Of a stretch of DNA of 64,000 bases, positions 1-12,829 are shown in pieces. This DNA is from the human T2T-CHM13v2.0 reference genome, Homo sapiens. Numbering within the stretch: position 1 is the first letter of the stretch; every line of letters starts with the position of its first letter. Under the pieces are notes generated by a model. The model worked only from the letters and a program-made list of their open reading frames with translations. It ran no database searches and was not told where the DNA came from. The DNA lies in the NCBI RefSeq assembly GCF_009914755.1, contig NC_060938.1; one strand, given 5' to 3'. Position numbers and translations under genes: made by a program.

Positions 1-709
1 AGAAAGAAAAAAATGGCACACAGTGTCTGATCTTGTTTATTGCTGAAATATAATTTCAGTTGAATCACACCCTCATCAGGTCTTCTCTGTGAAAATTAGG
101 GCATTGAGTGAGAAATATCAGAAACCCAGAGCATTATAATGGGAATGTTAGGTAGGTTTAAATTATTCTGACTATACTGAACCCCCAAGTCCGATGAGCC
201 TTCTTTGCCAGTAGAACTCCTTCATCTCTGTTATATAAGGTTGATTCTGCCTTTGTGGGGAGAACTAACTTACCTGAGGTAACTAATGTAAAATAGCTTG
301 TTCTGATCACCTCACTGCCTCCAAGTCTAGAGTTAGAGCTCGTTCCCAGTGTCTCAGTAGGGCTTAAATATGAAGTATAAACTGGGAAGAAAAGGCTAAA
401 ATAACAACAAAAAAACGGCAATAGTTTGTTATTTTTTATCAGGAGAAATCTGCGGACTATGTATGGCAACAGACTCAAAGGGAGGTACACCAGGTAGGAA
501 AAATCATAACCAGATTGGGCCATATTAGCCAATATGGGTACATATACTAGAGCCTGCATGCAATGAGCTTACCCAACCAGCTCAGAGTGATTATAATTGT
601 TTTGCTTTCTGGATTGGTTGACTGAAATCTGGACTCAATGGTGAGTCACACTAATTGAAGTTGAGATGGAAGAAATTCCTTGGCATATTGTAGAATCTGA
701 AATATAGGT

Positions 710-1051
710 TGTATATTTATTAGTCAGTTTGGACTGCTGTAACAAAAATACCATAGACTGAGTGGCTTAAACAATAAACATTTATTACTTCCAATTCTTG
801 AGGCTGTGAAGCCCAAGATCAAGTTGCCTGCAGATCTGGTGTCTGGTGATGCTCCTCTTTTTGAGTTGTAAACAACTGCCCTCAGAAGGCTCTCTCCTGT
901 CTCTTTTTATTAGGTCATTATTCTCAACATGAGGGCTCCACCCTTATGGATTAATTGCCTCCCAAAGGCCTCATCTTCAAACACTATTCCACTCGGGGCT
1001 AGGATGTCAACATATGAAATTTAGGGGCACATAAATATACAGTCCATAACA
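710..1051 (-). mobile_element. MLT1-family (MaLR) solo LTR inserted in ERV-L gag
   Basis: ttagtcagtttggactgctgtaacaaaaataccatagactgagtggcttaaacaa...ttaggggcacataaatatacagtccataaca is the reverse-complement MLT1 pattern. Gag homology stops before it and resumes after it. Confidence 0.85.
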
Positions 1052-1103
1052 GGGAGATAGGAACATTGGAGTAACCCATCATATGATTCACTTTAATGTC
1101 TAA

Positions 1104-1526
<423 letters not shown>

Positions 1527-1931
1527 AGAGGGTGTTTCTTTAAGGCATTTATTAATGCATTGATGAGGACTCTCCTCTTTTAGATAGAGATGAAAGTGTA
1601 GATGCTGCCCACAAAATGTGCTCCCTGTTTAAGTGGGGTTGGTGGAATCCTGGAGTGACAGAGAACAAACGACAACATTTAGTCCAGTTGCAGCAGAGTG
1701 GTTGTGGTTTTTATTATAAGCATTAAAAGTATAGTAGTAGGAAACTGTGTTTAACCTGTTTTCAAGAATGGATAATTGCTCATTATAGCTTCATGAATAA
1801 TATAGATGTTCAGCCAACTTAAGTTGTACCTGAATTGTGCAAATGAAGGAAAGATGCAGGTTTGGCAAATTGAAGCCAGACTAATTATCACAATGTAGTA
1901 TCATTAACACTCACACAATTCCCAGATTCAA

Positions 1932-4160
1932 GGTGCAGCAGTGGATATTTCTAAGACGTCCTCATTTAACTTGATTTTTTTTTTTAATCTATGAAGTAGT
2001 TGGCTATGTTTTGGAGAATATACAATTAATGTAAGTTTACTCAGGTGGTAATTCCAGTTGCTATGGTTGTGGAAGATATGGTCTCTACTTAAACAAATTC
2101 AACTGAGCTATGGCATCTCCAATGCAACTGTCAATTTAGAAATTTCTTTCTTTTTATCTCAATAGGCAAAGAACAGTAAAGTAGTCTGCTTTCACTTTCA
2201 TTAACACGCCCCATGGAGATATCATGAATTACTCTCAGGCCCTTGATTATCTTATCATACCAGAGGATGTCCCACAGGTCTACAGCTTAATAACATCATG
2301 TGACTGAAGTGGAAGAACTGGAAGGAAAAGATAACCTAGAAACTCAGTAATTCACATGCATTCAAGAAGGTAGAAGAAAATTCTCACTAAAACTCAGGGA
2401 CATGCCACCTTTTGCAAATTTCTGGGAGTTTAGTCCGGCATGTCTGGAAATCCTTTCCAAAGAAACTGGGCCTGTTCTTGATGGGCTCCCTGGATGTTTG
2501 AAGGCAACATATATTAGTTTTAGATGCGCTGCTTCGATACTTTGGATTCAATACTTAGTAATCCCTAAAGCTGTGAATTTGGAGTTTGTTGCTGAGGAAG
2601 AGTAGACTCTCTAGCTTTTCCAGGCTGTGGTCCAGGCTGCTGTCTTTGCTACTTGGTTACAATGATCCAGCAAATTCAACGGTGCATAAAATGTTTCAGG
2701 CAGATGGTCATGCAGTTTGTAAAACTTTGCCAATCTCGTAGGAGATTAATAGCGTAGAGCTCTGTGGTTCTGAAGCAAAATCATGCTTTCTTTCTTAGAT
2801 TATTAATCTCCTTGTGAGGGACAGTTCTTGTCTTGCTAATAGAAATAGATGCCGAAAGAGGCTCAACTGTTGGCTATTGGATCCCGAGTAGTAATGCAAC
2901 TGAACTGTAATCATGAGTTTTGATCAACCAACCATAAAGTTGAGCTTGGGCAGCAGAACTCCTACATCAAGTAAAAAGTATATATATACACACATGTGTG
3001 TATGTATATGTATACCTATATATATGTATACATATGTATATATGTACACATGTGTATATATGTATATACATATATGTATACATGTGTATATATGTATACA
3101 TGTGTATATATGTATATACATATATGTATATAGAAGTATATATACACATATAAATGTGTGCGTGTATATATATATGATTGGCTGAGTGCTCTATTTGTTG
3201 CTTGAGCAGGTGTTCACCCTCCCACATAAATTCATCCTACTTAATTGGCACTTTTTCTTCAACCCATACCTGCTTCTCAGAGAAACTATAGAGAAGAGGA
3301 AACTTCCAAGTGAGCAGGTCTTTGAATGGTACATCTATTTGTTCACTCTGCTTGGAAACAAAGGTTTCACTAAGCATGGATACAATTTGGATCATTGGTA
3401 ATAAGGAGACTTAGGGAAGAAATACGTGTTAAGGATTGTTCATAAGTGGCAGAACCTATGAGAATATTCATGCCACATGTTATTTCTTTTCAGAAGATCT
3501 TCCTAGTTGAGGAATCTTTCAGAGATTCAGTAGATAAGGTGATCTATTATATGGATGTCAAGCTGTCCTTTTCCCCAGCCACCCTCCTCACGTCTTGCTC
3601 AATGACTTCATGAATGAAAAGTTTATGATAGCAAAGATGTTGGTAACATATGCATTCAACAACATAGTTCATTTGGTAGAGTCAATACTGAGTACCTAAG
3701 AGCCCAATTCTGATACTCTCATATTGCACTATTCACTAGGAGGTTCAGCAATCTATTTAGTGGCAGGTGGTGACAGTGGATTTCTTCTCTTATGGAAAGG
3801 ACAACTATCCATATTGAAATAGACAATTACTCTGTATATAGATTTGCCTGCCTTGTAACCATGCCTTTGCATCTGTTTACTTACTTAATGGGACATTATT
3901 ATGGTGACCCATACAACATCACTTTTAAACAGTGGATTTGTTTATGGCACAGAGGTTAAGAAAATGAACTCAGGCCGGTAAGAGTCACTGTTGTCATTCA
4001 CCACAAGTTGCCTGAAGCAACCAGCCTTTAAAATACTATAATGGACTGTGGAAAAATCAGTTAGAGTGTCACTTGGATGAAGCTGTAATTGGAAGTTGAG
4101 GACACTGTCATTCAGAATAAGATGTATGATCTGAATTAGTGGCCAATACCTGGCCCTTTT
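1932..4160 (+). pseudogene. Decayed ERV-L pol (RT, partial RNase H, integrase)
   Basis: DNA tracks recalled HERV-L Pol motifs: TSPFNS / WRMTVDYRKLNQVVTPIA (~1945-2070), a degenerate YIDD region (~2275-2300), TKIQG..KFLGV (~2386-2430), QAVVQAA (2620-2640), WQVD..LLWKGQ and IDxYSxYxFA of integrase (~3760-3850), and LNQRPI (~4131-4150). Confidence 0.85.
2979..3175. repeat. (TA)n/(TG)n/(CA)n compound microsatellite
   Basis: About 200 bp of nearly continuous alternating purine-pyrimidine (tatatgtataca units). Confidence 0.95.
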
Positions 4161-4440
4161 TGTCTGTAGTTAAATGTGATGTGAGGAAATACCAAAGCTC
4201 ATGGTAATCTCAGATGTCATTGGACAGAGAAGCTCACAGACCAAATTAAGATGCTGAAGTCAGATGGCTTATGAATCAATTTAAAACAAATCATGAGAAG
4301 GAAGGGAGGAAAGGATGAAGTAGGTTTGCAGTCCTCTTAGAAGAAGGTAAAAGTGGGTAGAATGGACCATAGTACTTGAATCTTGAGTTCAGAATCAGAT
4401 ATTCTTCCTCCTTGGCCTCTTCTGTTTCAGGGCTTCTCAA

Positions 4441-4666
4441 ATTTTTTTTTCTTTTATTTATTTTTTGAGATGGAGTCTTGCTCTACCACCCAGGCTGGAG
4501 TGCAGTGGCACAATCTTGGCTCAATGCAACCTCCTTCTCCCAGGTTCAAGGAATTCTCCTGCCTTAGCCTCTCGAGTAGATGAGATTGCAGGTGCCCACC
4601 ACTACAGCCAGCTAATTTTTGTTTTTTTTGGTAGAGATGGGGTTTCACCATGTTGGCCAGGCTGGT
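4441..4666 (-). mobile_element. 5'-truncated Alu
   Basis: T-tail, right arm and part of the left arm, ending at ggccaggctggt. Confidence 0.9.
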
Positions 4667-5199
4667 TCTGCCTCTTGACTTTATCATCCTTCCTCTCTGA
4701 TGGTATGGTTATGTGGACCAGAACTGAAGTTTAAGGAAGGGGCTTAAGATATGGAAGTTGCCTGGGACCAACATACTCTGTCCAAGAGACACAGTGACAC
4801 ATACATGCACAGCTGACCAAAGCTATAGCTTCCCAATTACTTGATGAACAGCTATGAATGTTGTTTCTTTTTCTTAGGCAAAGTGCATATCTGCTCAAGA
4901 TGGATGTCACTAATGTGCAACTGATCCACAACCTCATACAATTTTAGTATCTCATATGCTTCGTGTACATGTCATGTATGAAGGTGCCTGAGGTACCCCA
5001 TGTATATATAGCATGTTATGAATGTTAGGCATATTTTGGTCTTTCCTTTCTATCTATGTTTAGTATGCACAAGACATACTTATTTTACCTTTGCTTAATA
5101 TGCCTTATAGTTTACTAACTTACTTAACAGAGGAGTTTTGTTTTCTTGTTATCTGTAGCAGAATTGAATGTTGCCCAGCAATATAATATATGTAAATCA

Positions 5200-5775
5200 T
5201 ACCAAATTATATGTGTTTAAAACTCAAGGGATGGAACTGGGAGAGATAACACTCATTTTTCACCTACGCATCACTCACAATATTTAGCTCTCCTTCCACA
5301 TGATGTTGGGATATGATGGCTTAGAAGTCTTACTAGTCAATGGAAGAATGTTTCTCTTCCAAGAGGACACAACAATGATTCATTTGAACTCTATGATTGC
5401 CACTGAATAATTTGGTCTTTCCATGCCTATAAGCAAAGAAGTTACGTGTATTAACTGGAACAATTGGTCCTGATTATTAAGGAGAGTAAGTTTTTCCTAC
5501 AAAGAGATGTATGTATGGGACCCAGGGAATTTTACAGAAACATCTCTAAGAACTTCCATGCTTTTTTGTCAAGTTAAATGGACAACTATCGCAACCACAT
5601 ACAGGCAGAACCACTAAGAGTAAAAACCCCTCAGGAATTAGGATTCGGGTCACCCTGCTTGGCAGAGCCCTAATTAGTCACAGTGCTAGGTGAGGTCAAA
5701 AGTAATATGAAATAGGAAGAGGATAAACAGTGTCATAAACAACTGTGATCTTATGGCCAGTTGCAGAGTAAGAAA
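5200..5775 (+). pseudogene. ERV-L post-integrase dUTPase/C-terminal region, decayed
   Basis: Tracks ERV-L motifs: NQGVE (aactcaagggatggaa), GLEVLV (ggcttagaagtctta), DTTMI (gacacaacaatgatt), IGPDY vs IDPDY (attggtcctgattat), NGQLSQP.TGRTT, and PSGIRIRVT vs PSGMKVWVT. Confidence 0.8.
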
Positions 5776-6089
5776 TTAATAACTACTCCTGTTCTCTTCT
5801 TTGCCTTGTTATGCATGTACTGACTTTTTACCTCTTTCTTTTTCCCTACAATTTTATAAAAATGGTGATACATTTGTAATTTGTCCCTCAAATTACAGAC
5901 TATCAGCTTGAAACTATGATTGGAATTGAAGGTTAAAGAAAACCCAGCTATAGATTCAGTGACTAACAAAATTTGGGGACAGTGTAAGCCTCATTCTAAT
6001 TGCATAAGGAATAGTTACTGTATGTTAGGCAGGTGCATGTTGTTATTGCTACTTTTTTCAAGTCTAAGTTCTAGGTACAAAGTGTACAC

Positions 6090-6542
6090 TGTACTGGATT
6101 TAGTATTTGACATCTATTTTCACATCCTTCTAGGAGTCATCTTGTACTAAAGAAGCTGTAAGCCCACATGTGCATTTCCCAGAGTCCCTTGTTGCTAGGG
6201 GGCTGAATGCGAACGAGGTTTCACCATTAAATATACTTATACATTTGGAAAGGCAAAAATGAGGCAGAGGCCATCTTTGTGTTGCTGGTTTGATTAGCAA
6301 GTTTGCTAAGACATGAGTGTCAAGGGAAGTTGAGGTGGAGATGGTGGCTATATGGTGCAGCTGTTTTCCTGATTCCCAGAGAGCAATCACTCAGATGTGC
6401 TCTTGTACTTAATACTTCCACTGGCAGTCCCTTTTCTTTCCTCTTTTAGTTCTTCCTATAATTTTCTAAGTGTATAATTGCCCATTTTCCCTAAATACCT
6501 AGGTAGGTTTTATTTCCTAAACTGGACCTCTTACCAAACACA
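6090..6542 (+). mobile_element. 3' LTR of the ERV-L provirus (LTR33/LTR41/LTR52-like; subfamily uncertain)
   Basis: Starts tgtactgg after a degenerate PPT. Contains catttcccagagtcccttg..gctaggg. Ends aaatacctag..tttcct..actggacc..aaacaca, like ERVL-class LTR termini. Confidence 0.65.
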
Positions 6543-6629
6543 GATGAGATGTACTGTCTGCCACCCTAACTGCCCATAGGACTCCACCAAGGATGCCAAC
6601 TCTAAGTGGTCATTTACCTCTGTGATTGT

Positions 6630-6752
6630 GTTTTTAATGCCTGCCTCCCATTAAGTTATAAGATCCAGGAATTTAATAATTTATTTTGATAAGGACTTAA
6701 CACAATGCTTGGCACATAAGAGGAATTAAATAACATTTTTCTGAATGAATAG
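6630..6752 (+). mobile_element. L2 3' end fragment
   Basis: aacacaatgcttggcacataagagg...ctgaatgaat resembles the L2 terminus. Confidence 0.65.
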
Positions 6753-6848
6753 ATTTTAAACCATGTGTGAGCAGTCACAGAATTCACTGATCTATTATAA
6801 TTTACCAATTCCTTTGCATCATAGCACCCATGCAAAATATTTTGGCTA

Positions 6849-6946
6849 CAGGGAGTGCTCCAATTTTGATACTCTCCCTGTCAATATGCCTATTACCCCA
6901 ATATAATTTAAGATTGACAGGGAGAGCATCAGTATTCTGCAGTCTG
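6849..6946. mobile_element. Short palindromic element, probably an ancient Tigger-type MITE relic
   Basis: 19-bp inverted repeat at 6867-6885 / 6913-6931 with one mismatch. TA|CAG left end and CTG right end. Confidence 0.45.
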
Positions 6947-8671
6947 ATTGCAGAAGCATATATGTAAAAATATACCTTTTAGAAATGATTTTAGAATCTG
7001 GAAATTTACAAACTATTAATTTTCTTTTCTACAGTTTCCTCCAGAAAGCCCCTATGTATTTATTCCGGTTAACAATTTTACTTGAGTAGAAATCACTTGA
7101 CTCAAATTTTGATGATTTAATAGCTCATTGAAAGAACTAGCCTGAAGCAGATAAAATATGTTGCAGATGCTGTAACTCTTATTTGCATCCATTGGTCTTT
7201 TGGTTTATGTGCTTTAATAATTTGAAAAACAAGAAGATAATCAGGAACCAAGATGGATATGTGTGTCTTGAGGCAGAACTTAATTCAAAATTGTTCAGTG
7301 TTTTGTCAGATGAACTCCTTAACCACATTTGTTATCAGTAGCACACAATATATTGGATTAAGTTTTTGAATGATGTGCAAAGATGATGCCAGATTGATCC
7401 TAACAAACATAAAGCTCAGAATCAAAACCAGAATGTTGTTTTGATCATACTGGTTTTAGGCAAAGGATTTTAAGATAAATTCTTTCATACTGGAATTTGT
7501 GATACTATCCACACTTTTCCTCACTATAAAATTTAATGAACCTTATATCATTAATATTTTTGTGTCAATGGTGAGTTCTTCTTTTTTCTTTACCTGAGTT
7601 GTATCAACAGTTTCAAAGGAGAGAGAGTGTTTTTGGTAAAGGCAATAAATTATTTTTTAATGTACATCTTATACACATAAAATACTTTCTCATATTCTGA
7701 AGAATGAAGCATTTCTGTCCTAGGTGATTATAAAGTTTGTTGCTATAGTATTTCATTATTTTTTATTAGAAAATATTTTAATAACACAAGAAAGTAAAGA
7801 AAGTAATACAAGGAACACTCATGTACACATCAACCAGCTTTGTCTGAAATTAATATCATCCTAAATTTGCTTCATTGCTTTTATTCATTAAAAATTACAA
7901 ATACAATTGAAGCCCTTGAACCCCTCACCTGTCACACTATCCTCTTTGCTTTGTCAAATACTTACTACGTTCATATGTATTGATGTACAGTATAGCCTTA
8001 TTTTACGTGTTTTAAATTTATACATAAACAATTTCAAACTCTATGAATCATTCTACATTTTGCTATTTTGTGTTCAATATCCTGTTGTCGAAACATTTCC
8101 ATGTTCCTTTAATTCATTCATTGGCAATACAGTATAATATGTTATTGTATAGATACATATATATTTAAAATATATAGGTATTTTAATTTTACTGTATTAT
8201 ATTGTTGAACATTTCCACTGTTTTACATTTTTTAGTATCATAAACTATCCTTCAATGAACACTCTTTTAATGTCATCTGGTGTCAGGTATGAGAGTTCCT
8301 AAACACACACAGTGTATCTAGAATTTGAATTGCTAAAATTGAACATTCAATTTTCATTTTTAACTTTACTAAATACTGTAAAATTGTTCTCTGTGTGCCA
8401 ATTTTCTTTACCACTGGTAAAATGTGAGTTTCCACTTTCACATGCTTGCCATTTCCTATTGCAAAACATTTAAGTATTTATGTTTGTGATAAAAATGGAG
8501 TCTTATTTTGATTTTAATTTGTACTTCCCCAGTTCCTGTTGTGTTTAAGTTTGTTTTTTATTTATTTATTATCTGTTCATGATTTTCTTCATTTTTTCTC
8601 TTACTGGTTCATATTCTCTATACATGCTGAATGGTGTTAGCTAGCTATATTCTTTGCAATAATTATTAAAA

Positions 8672-8839
8672 TTTTCTTTTTCTTTTCTTTTTTTAAGAGA
8701 CAAGGTCTTACCCTGTCATCCAGGCTAGGATGCAGTAGCACGATCTTAGCTTACTGTAGACTCCAACTCCTGGGCTCAAGAGATACTCTCCTGCCTTGGT
8801 TTCCTAAAGTGCTGGGATTATAGGCCTGAGCCACTGGCC
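8672..8839 (-). mobile_element. Alu monomer (FRAM/AluJ-like)
   Basis: Single arm gagacaaggtctt..ccaggctaggatgcagtag..ctcctgggctcaag..aaagtgctgggattataggc. Confidence 0.85.
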
Positions 8840-9085
8840 TGTTTTGTTTTTCTTAATATAAGGCTATACATTTCCCTCTAAGAACTAATTTAGCTGCCTC
8901 CCTCAATCTTTTATATGTAATTTTAAGTTAATATTCAGCTTTAAACTTTTCTAATTCAATTATCTTTTTTGATTAATCAATTGTTTAGGATAATGTCTCA
9001 AAACTTTTTTGGTATATAGATATCTTTAATTACATATTTCTAAATTATTTTCATTTAAGTCAAAGGACATAGCCTGGAAAGTATT

Positions 9086-9089
<4 letters not shown>

Positions 9090-9118
<29 letters not shown>
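9090..9118. repeat. (TG)n microsatellite
   Basis: About 14 TG units. Confidence 0.95.
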
Positions 9119-9120
<2 letters not shown>

Positions 9121-12100
9121 TTGTTGTGATTTGTTTTTATGTTTTAGCAATTTGGTCAGTTGCTTTAAATTAGAGATTTTGCCTGATTGTTATCTACAGA
9201 ATTCTATGCAACTCCATTACATTAAGCTAATATCGCTTCATTTTATCTCTCATCACATTTTGTTTTTGTTTGTTTGTGCTGTGAATTATTGAGATAATGG
9301 GTTAAATGTATGTGCCTGTGTCCATTTATTTCAATAATATCTTATACTATGACTCTATATTATTAATTGGGAAGATTTTAGAATACTTAACGTATGTTTT
9401 CTAATTAAGCAGTGACCCACTTAATTTCTCAGAAGTACATTTTGTTTTATTGCTTTAAACTCTATTTTGATTGTTTTTAATCTGATCATACAGACTTTTA
9501 TTTTGGCTGATATTTTCGTTACTTTTTTCTTATTTTTATCCTTTCTATGTCTTTATGATTAAATTGTGTGCCTTACAAGGAGGTTTTACTTTTTCCCTCA
9601 ATGGATTTGGAAGATATATGTTCTATTTTTATTTCTGTTGTTGGTTTCCTGAAAATCTCAGCATGCATATTTGACTTAAATTCTAAAATTAATAAACACT
9701 TTCTTAATTTCCTGAACAATAAAAGGAATTTCAAACATATTATTGGTCATCATCACCTGCCTATTAAATATGCTTTCCCACTAGGGCTGGGGCTAATGGA
9801 AAATACATCTTAAAAAGTCTTCTGTGTAAAACATGGGACTCAAAACAACACTAGGAAAATAGCGTAGATCAGATAATTCTCATTAAATCAGCTGTTTATT
9901 AAAAAAAGCAATGAGCAAGGAACAACAAAGTCTCCTTAGGAGGCAAAACAAAGTATTATTAAAAGTATGTTTGATGTTGCTGAAGATTCTTTCATAAACA
10001 TATTAAAGTCAATTATAATTCTGTTTTTAATGACCTTATTAGCTCAGATGATGTTTTAATGATTTGAGTTTATGTATTATTTGAAGAATCTCTAAATAGC
10101 ACTATTAAGTGCTCTGATATGCAGTAATATTTATATTGAGAAGCAACTTTTTTAATTGTTTGGGGAAAGACTTCTATTTCTTATGACATGCTTCCTTTTC
10201 ATTGAGGAATACCCAAGATACCAAGTTTTCTTTCAGAAGTAATTTGCATTTTCCACCTTGAAGTTGCATTTGCCATTTTGTTTGTTGCCATAGGAAAATT
10301 CTTTTTTGAGAATTTTTTTCTTATAACGTTCTTCATCTGATTAAACAAACAAAAAACCCATCTTTATTTTTAGACTAAAAGCCTTTGAATAAAATATTAT
10401 ACAACTTTAAATAAATTTAAGATGACATTATGACTTATTAGGCCACAGTTAAATATGAGCTTCATCTATTAGTGAGTCAATCATAGGATTTTCACACATG
10501 GCTTTTGTTCACAGTAAGTTATATCAATTAAGTTGCTTAGAATGAACATATAGCTGAACTAATAAGCATGAAATATTTTCACTGATTTATAAGAATCCAG
10601 AAATTATCAATGAGTTTTCTTTTTCTATTATTTAAAAAAGTTTTTGCTTGGCAAATCTTCCCCTCTAGGAGATTAAAGTATTTTTTGCTCATTAATCAAT
10701 GTAAGAACACCTTACTTTACATTCATTGAACTCTGAGGTTATAGAACTGTGAACCTTTCAATTTGTTCGGCTTGGGGAATGTCATAGTTCATTCTGTGAG
10801 TGGAAGTTGCCTTTAACCACATGAGAACAAATAAGGGAATATTAAAGTTTTAACTCAAGGCAGCTGATATGCAATGGCTGGGATAATGGCCATTACCTAA
10901 AAGAAAGAAGGCAGCAAATGGTTCCAGACATTTATAATTATGCATCTGAAGTCAGAACACCTTTTCTTTTTAAACATTTTCAATTTGTGATCTGCTTGAG
11001 GACTTGTACATAGATAGGCTCAAGATATTTTGAGTCACATATGTAAATGAAATGTTTTGAGCAAAGTTGTAACCCTGCCCACAAAATAGCTTTGCTAGGG
11101 AACAGATGTAACTTGGAGAAGTACCAATTTTGTCATTCTAGATGAGAAATCTTCTGGTGCCATCAATGGGATGCAATTTGGCTAGTCACACCTGGGTGAC
11201 CAATATCCGGAGGCTCTACGTCAAGTCATTGAACATGGATGGATGCTCCATTAAGTCATTTAAAATAAACTTCCTAGCAAGTGATCTCTAGCATCTCAAT
11301 TTAACTGTATCCTTTGGAGATTTAAGGAAAACTGACAAAGCTAAAAATACCTCTGCTAGGGGATCTATTAGTATTCTCCACATTGCTACTGAAACTTGCT
11401 GCCTTTTCCTAGAAGCACATGAAAGAAACCCTGGTCCAAGCGAACTGTCTCCTTCACCAAAGCCACCTTGGAGAGAGCCCACACGGAGACTGGAGATGTA
11501 GACTATTAAGAGCACTCAGCCACAGAGTCACTTTGGTTGTGTCACTTAACCTCTGTGCTCTTCTAAGCTCCATTCCTGGCTTGTGTTGCAGGGATGTTTT
11601 GAGGATATGTTGATGTGTGTGACTCCTTCTCTGTGTGTTGCTATTAAAGACATTAAGAACTGAGCTGAGTAACAAACTTTCTAGAAATGAATGAAGAAAA
11701 CATAGCAAAATTATACCTATTTTTTTAAATTGAAGTACAAAGAAACTGTAGCTATAATTATCTTTCTTGACACTAACAGTACCTGATTCCTAAATGCTAT
11801 TGCTCACCTCAAGTCAACGTCACTTTGTATTAATGGATTTAGTGTCATGTATGGTCTTGTTTTTTGAGGTCGTCTGATGAAATCAGAGTGATTTCACTTA
11901 AGGCAAGGCATATTAAAATACAAATTCGTAAAGATAATACCTTGATGTTTATGTCTATGCCAAACTTGCTCTGCTGAGTTCCTGGTGGAATGAAAAGACT
12001 GTCTTTTTTTAATTGTGATTTGTTTATGACTAACAGCATGGATTTGAGACAGTTATGAAAATGCCATGGTATCATTCTGTAAATAACTTTGTCTATGTAA

Positions 12101-12738
12101 TTGTAGTGTATACTTATTATTGACAACTTGAAGAAAGTACATAAAGTACAAAATAAAAGTTACCCATATTCTTATCAGCCAGATCTAACTAATTTTACCA
12201 TTTTCATATCTCTGTGCATACTCTTAATAAAAAATGGTATAATACATTTAAGCAGATTTGCATCCTACTTGAGCAATTTATTTTTATAAAATATGCTTTT
12301 GAAACATAATATTTTATCTTATTAATGTAACAACATTTATTTAATTGGGGGTCCAATGAAGGGTATTAGATGTCTTTTTTCAGTATCATATATAAGGCAA
12401 TATGTACATTGCTTTGCTTGTGCATTTCAATTAGGTGGAAAAATTGAGCAAAGGAATTTGTAAGCTTTTATTTTACACTGTCATATTCTTTCAGTGAAAT
12501 TTGTACTACTAACTTACAGATTTACCTGCAGTGTATGGAAACCCCAATTTTACTGTATCCTCAACATAGCAATGTTAATTTAACAAGGTAGGAGATGTTG
12601 CTGATGTCTTCTTGGTAAAATCATTAAACAGACTTCAACCAGATGTTGAAATAACACCTGGCTATTAACAACCGTTAAACAAATTGAAGAAGCATCTTTA
12701 AACTCAATCCTGAAAGCTCTTCCTCAAGATTTGAAAAG

Positions 12739-12829
12739 CTGTAGGCAAGAGAAAAAGAAAGAACGCATTAATTTTGGAACCTAGGGGTCCATATGCTGTC
12801 TACAAATCAAACCCATTAGCTTTGCTTAC
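12739..12829 (-). other. Candidate 91-nt GT-AG intron of a putative non-coding transcript
   Basis: Minus strand reads AAG|GTAAGC ... TTAAT (branch-like) ... gttctttctttttctcttgcctaCAG|. No long ORF on either side. Confidence 0.4.

Larger units (their letters stand above)
7760..9750 (-). mobile_element. Old L1M (L1ME/MC-like) fragments
   Basis: T-rich degenerate L1 3' UTR and ORF2-like sequence (e.g. aggaacactcatgtacacatcaaccagc). Boundaries approximate. Confidence 0.6.

Noticed and set aside
158-559. 133-aa minus-strand ORF
   Set aside because: It is antisense to the decayed ERV-L gag, with no recognisable domain or gene context.
2402-3401. ORFs over pol and the Y/I/H/M-rich ORFs at 2913-3227
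   Set aside because: They are short frames in a multiply disrupted pol or translations of the microsatellite. No intact or domesticated retroviral gene is present.
11141-11290. Plus-strand acceptor followed by ATG (MRNLLVPSMG...)
   Set aside because: Only about 49 codons, with no recognisable homology and no supporting exons.
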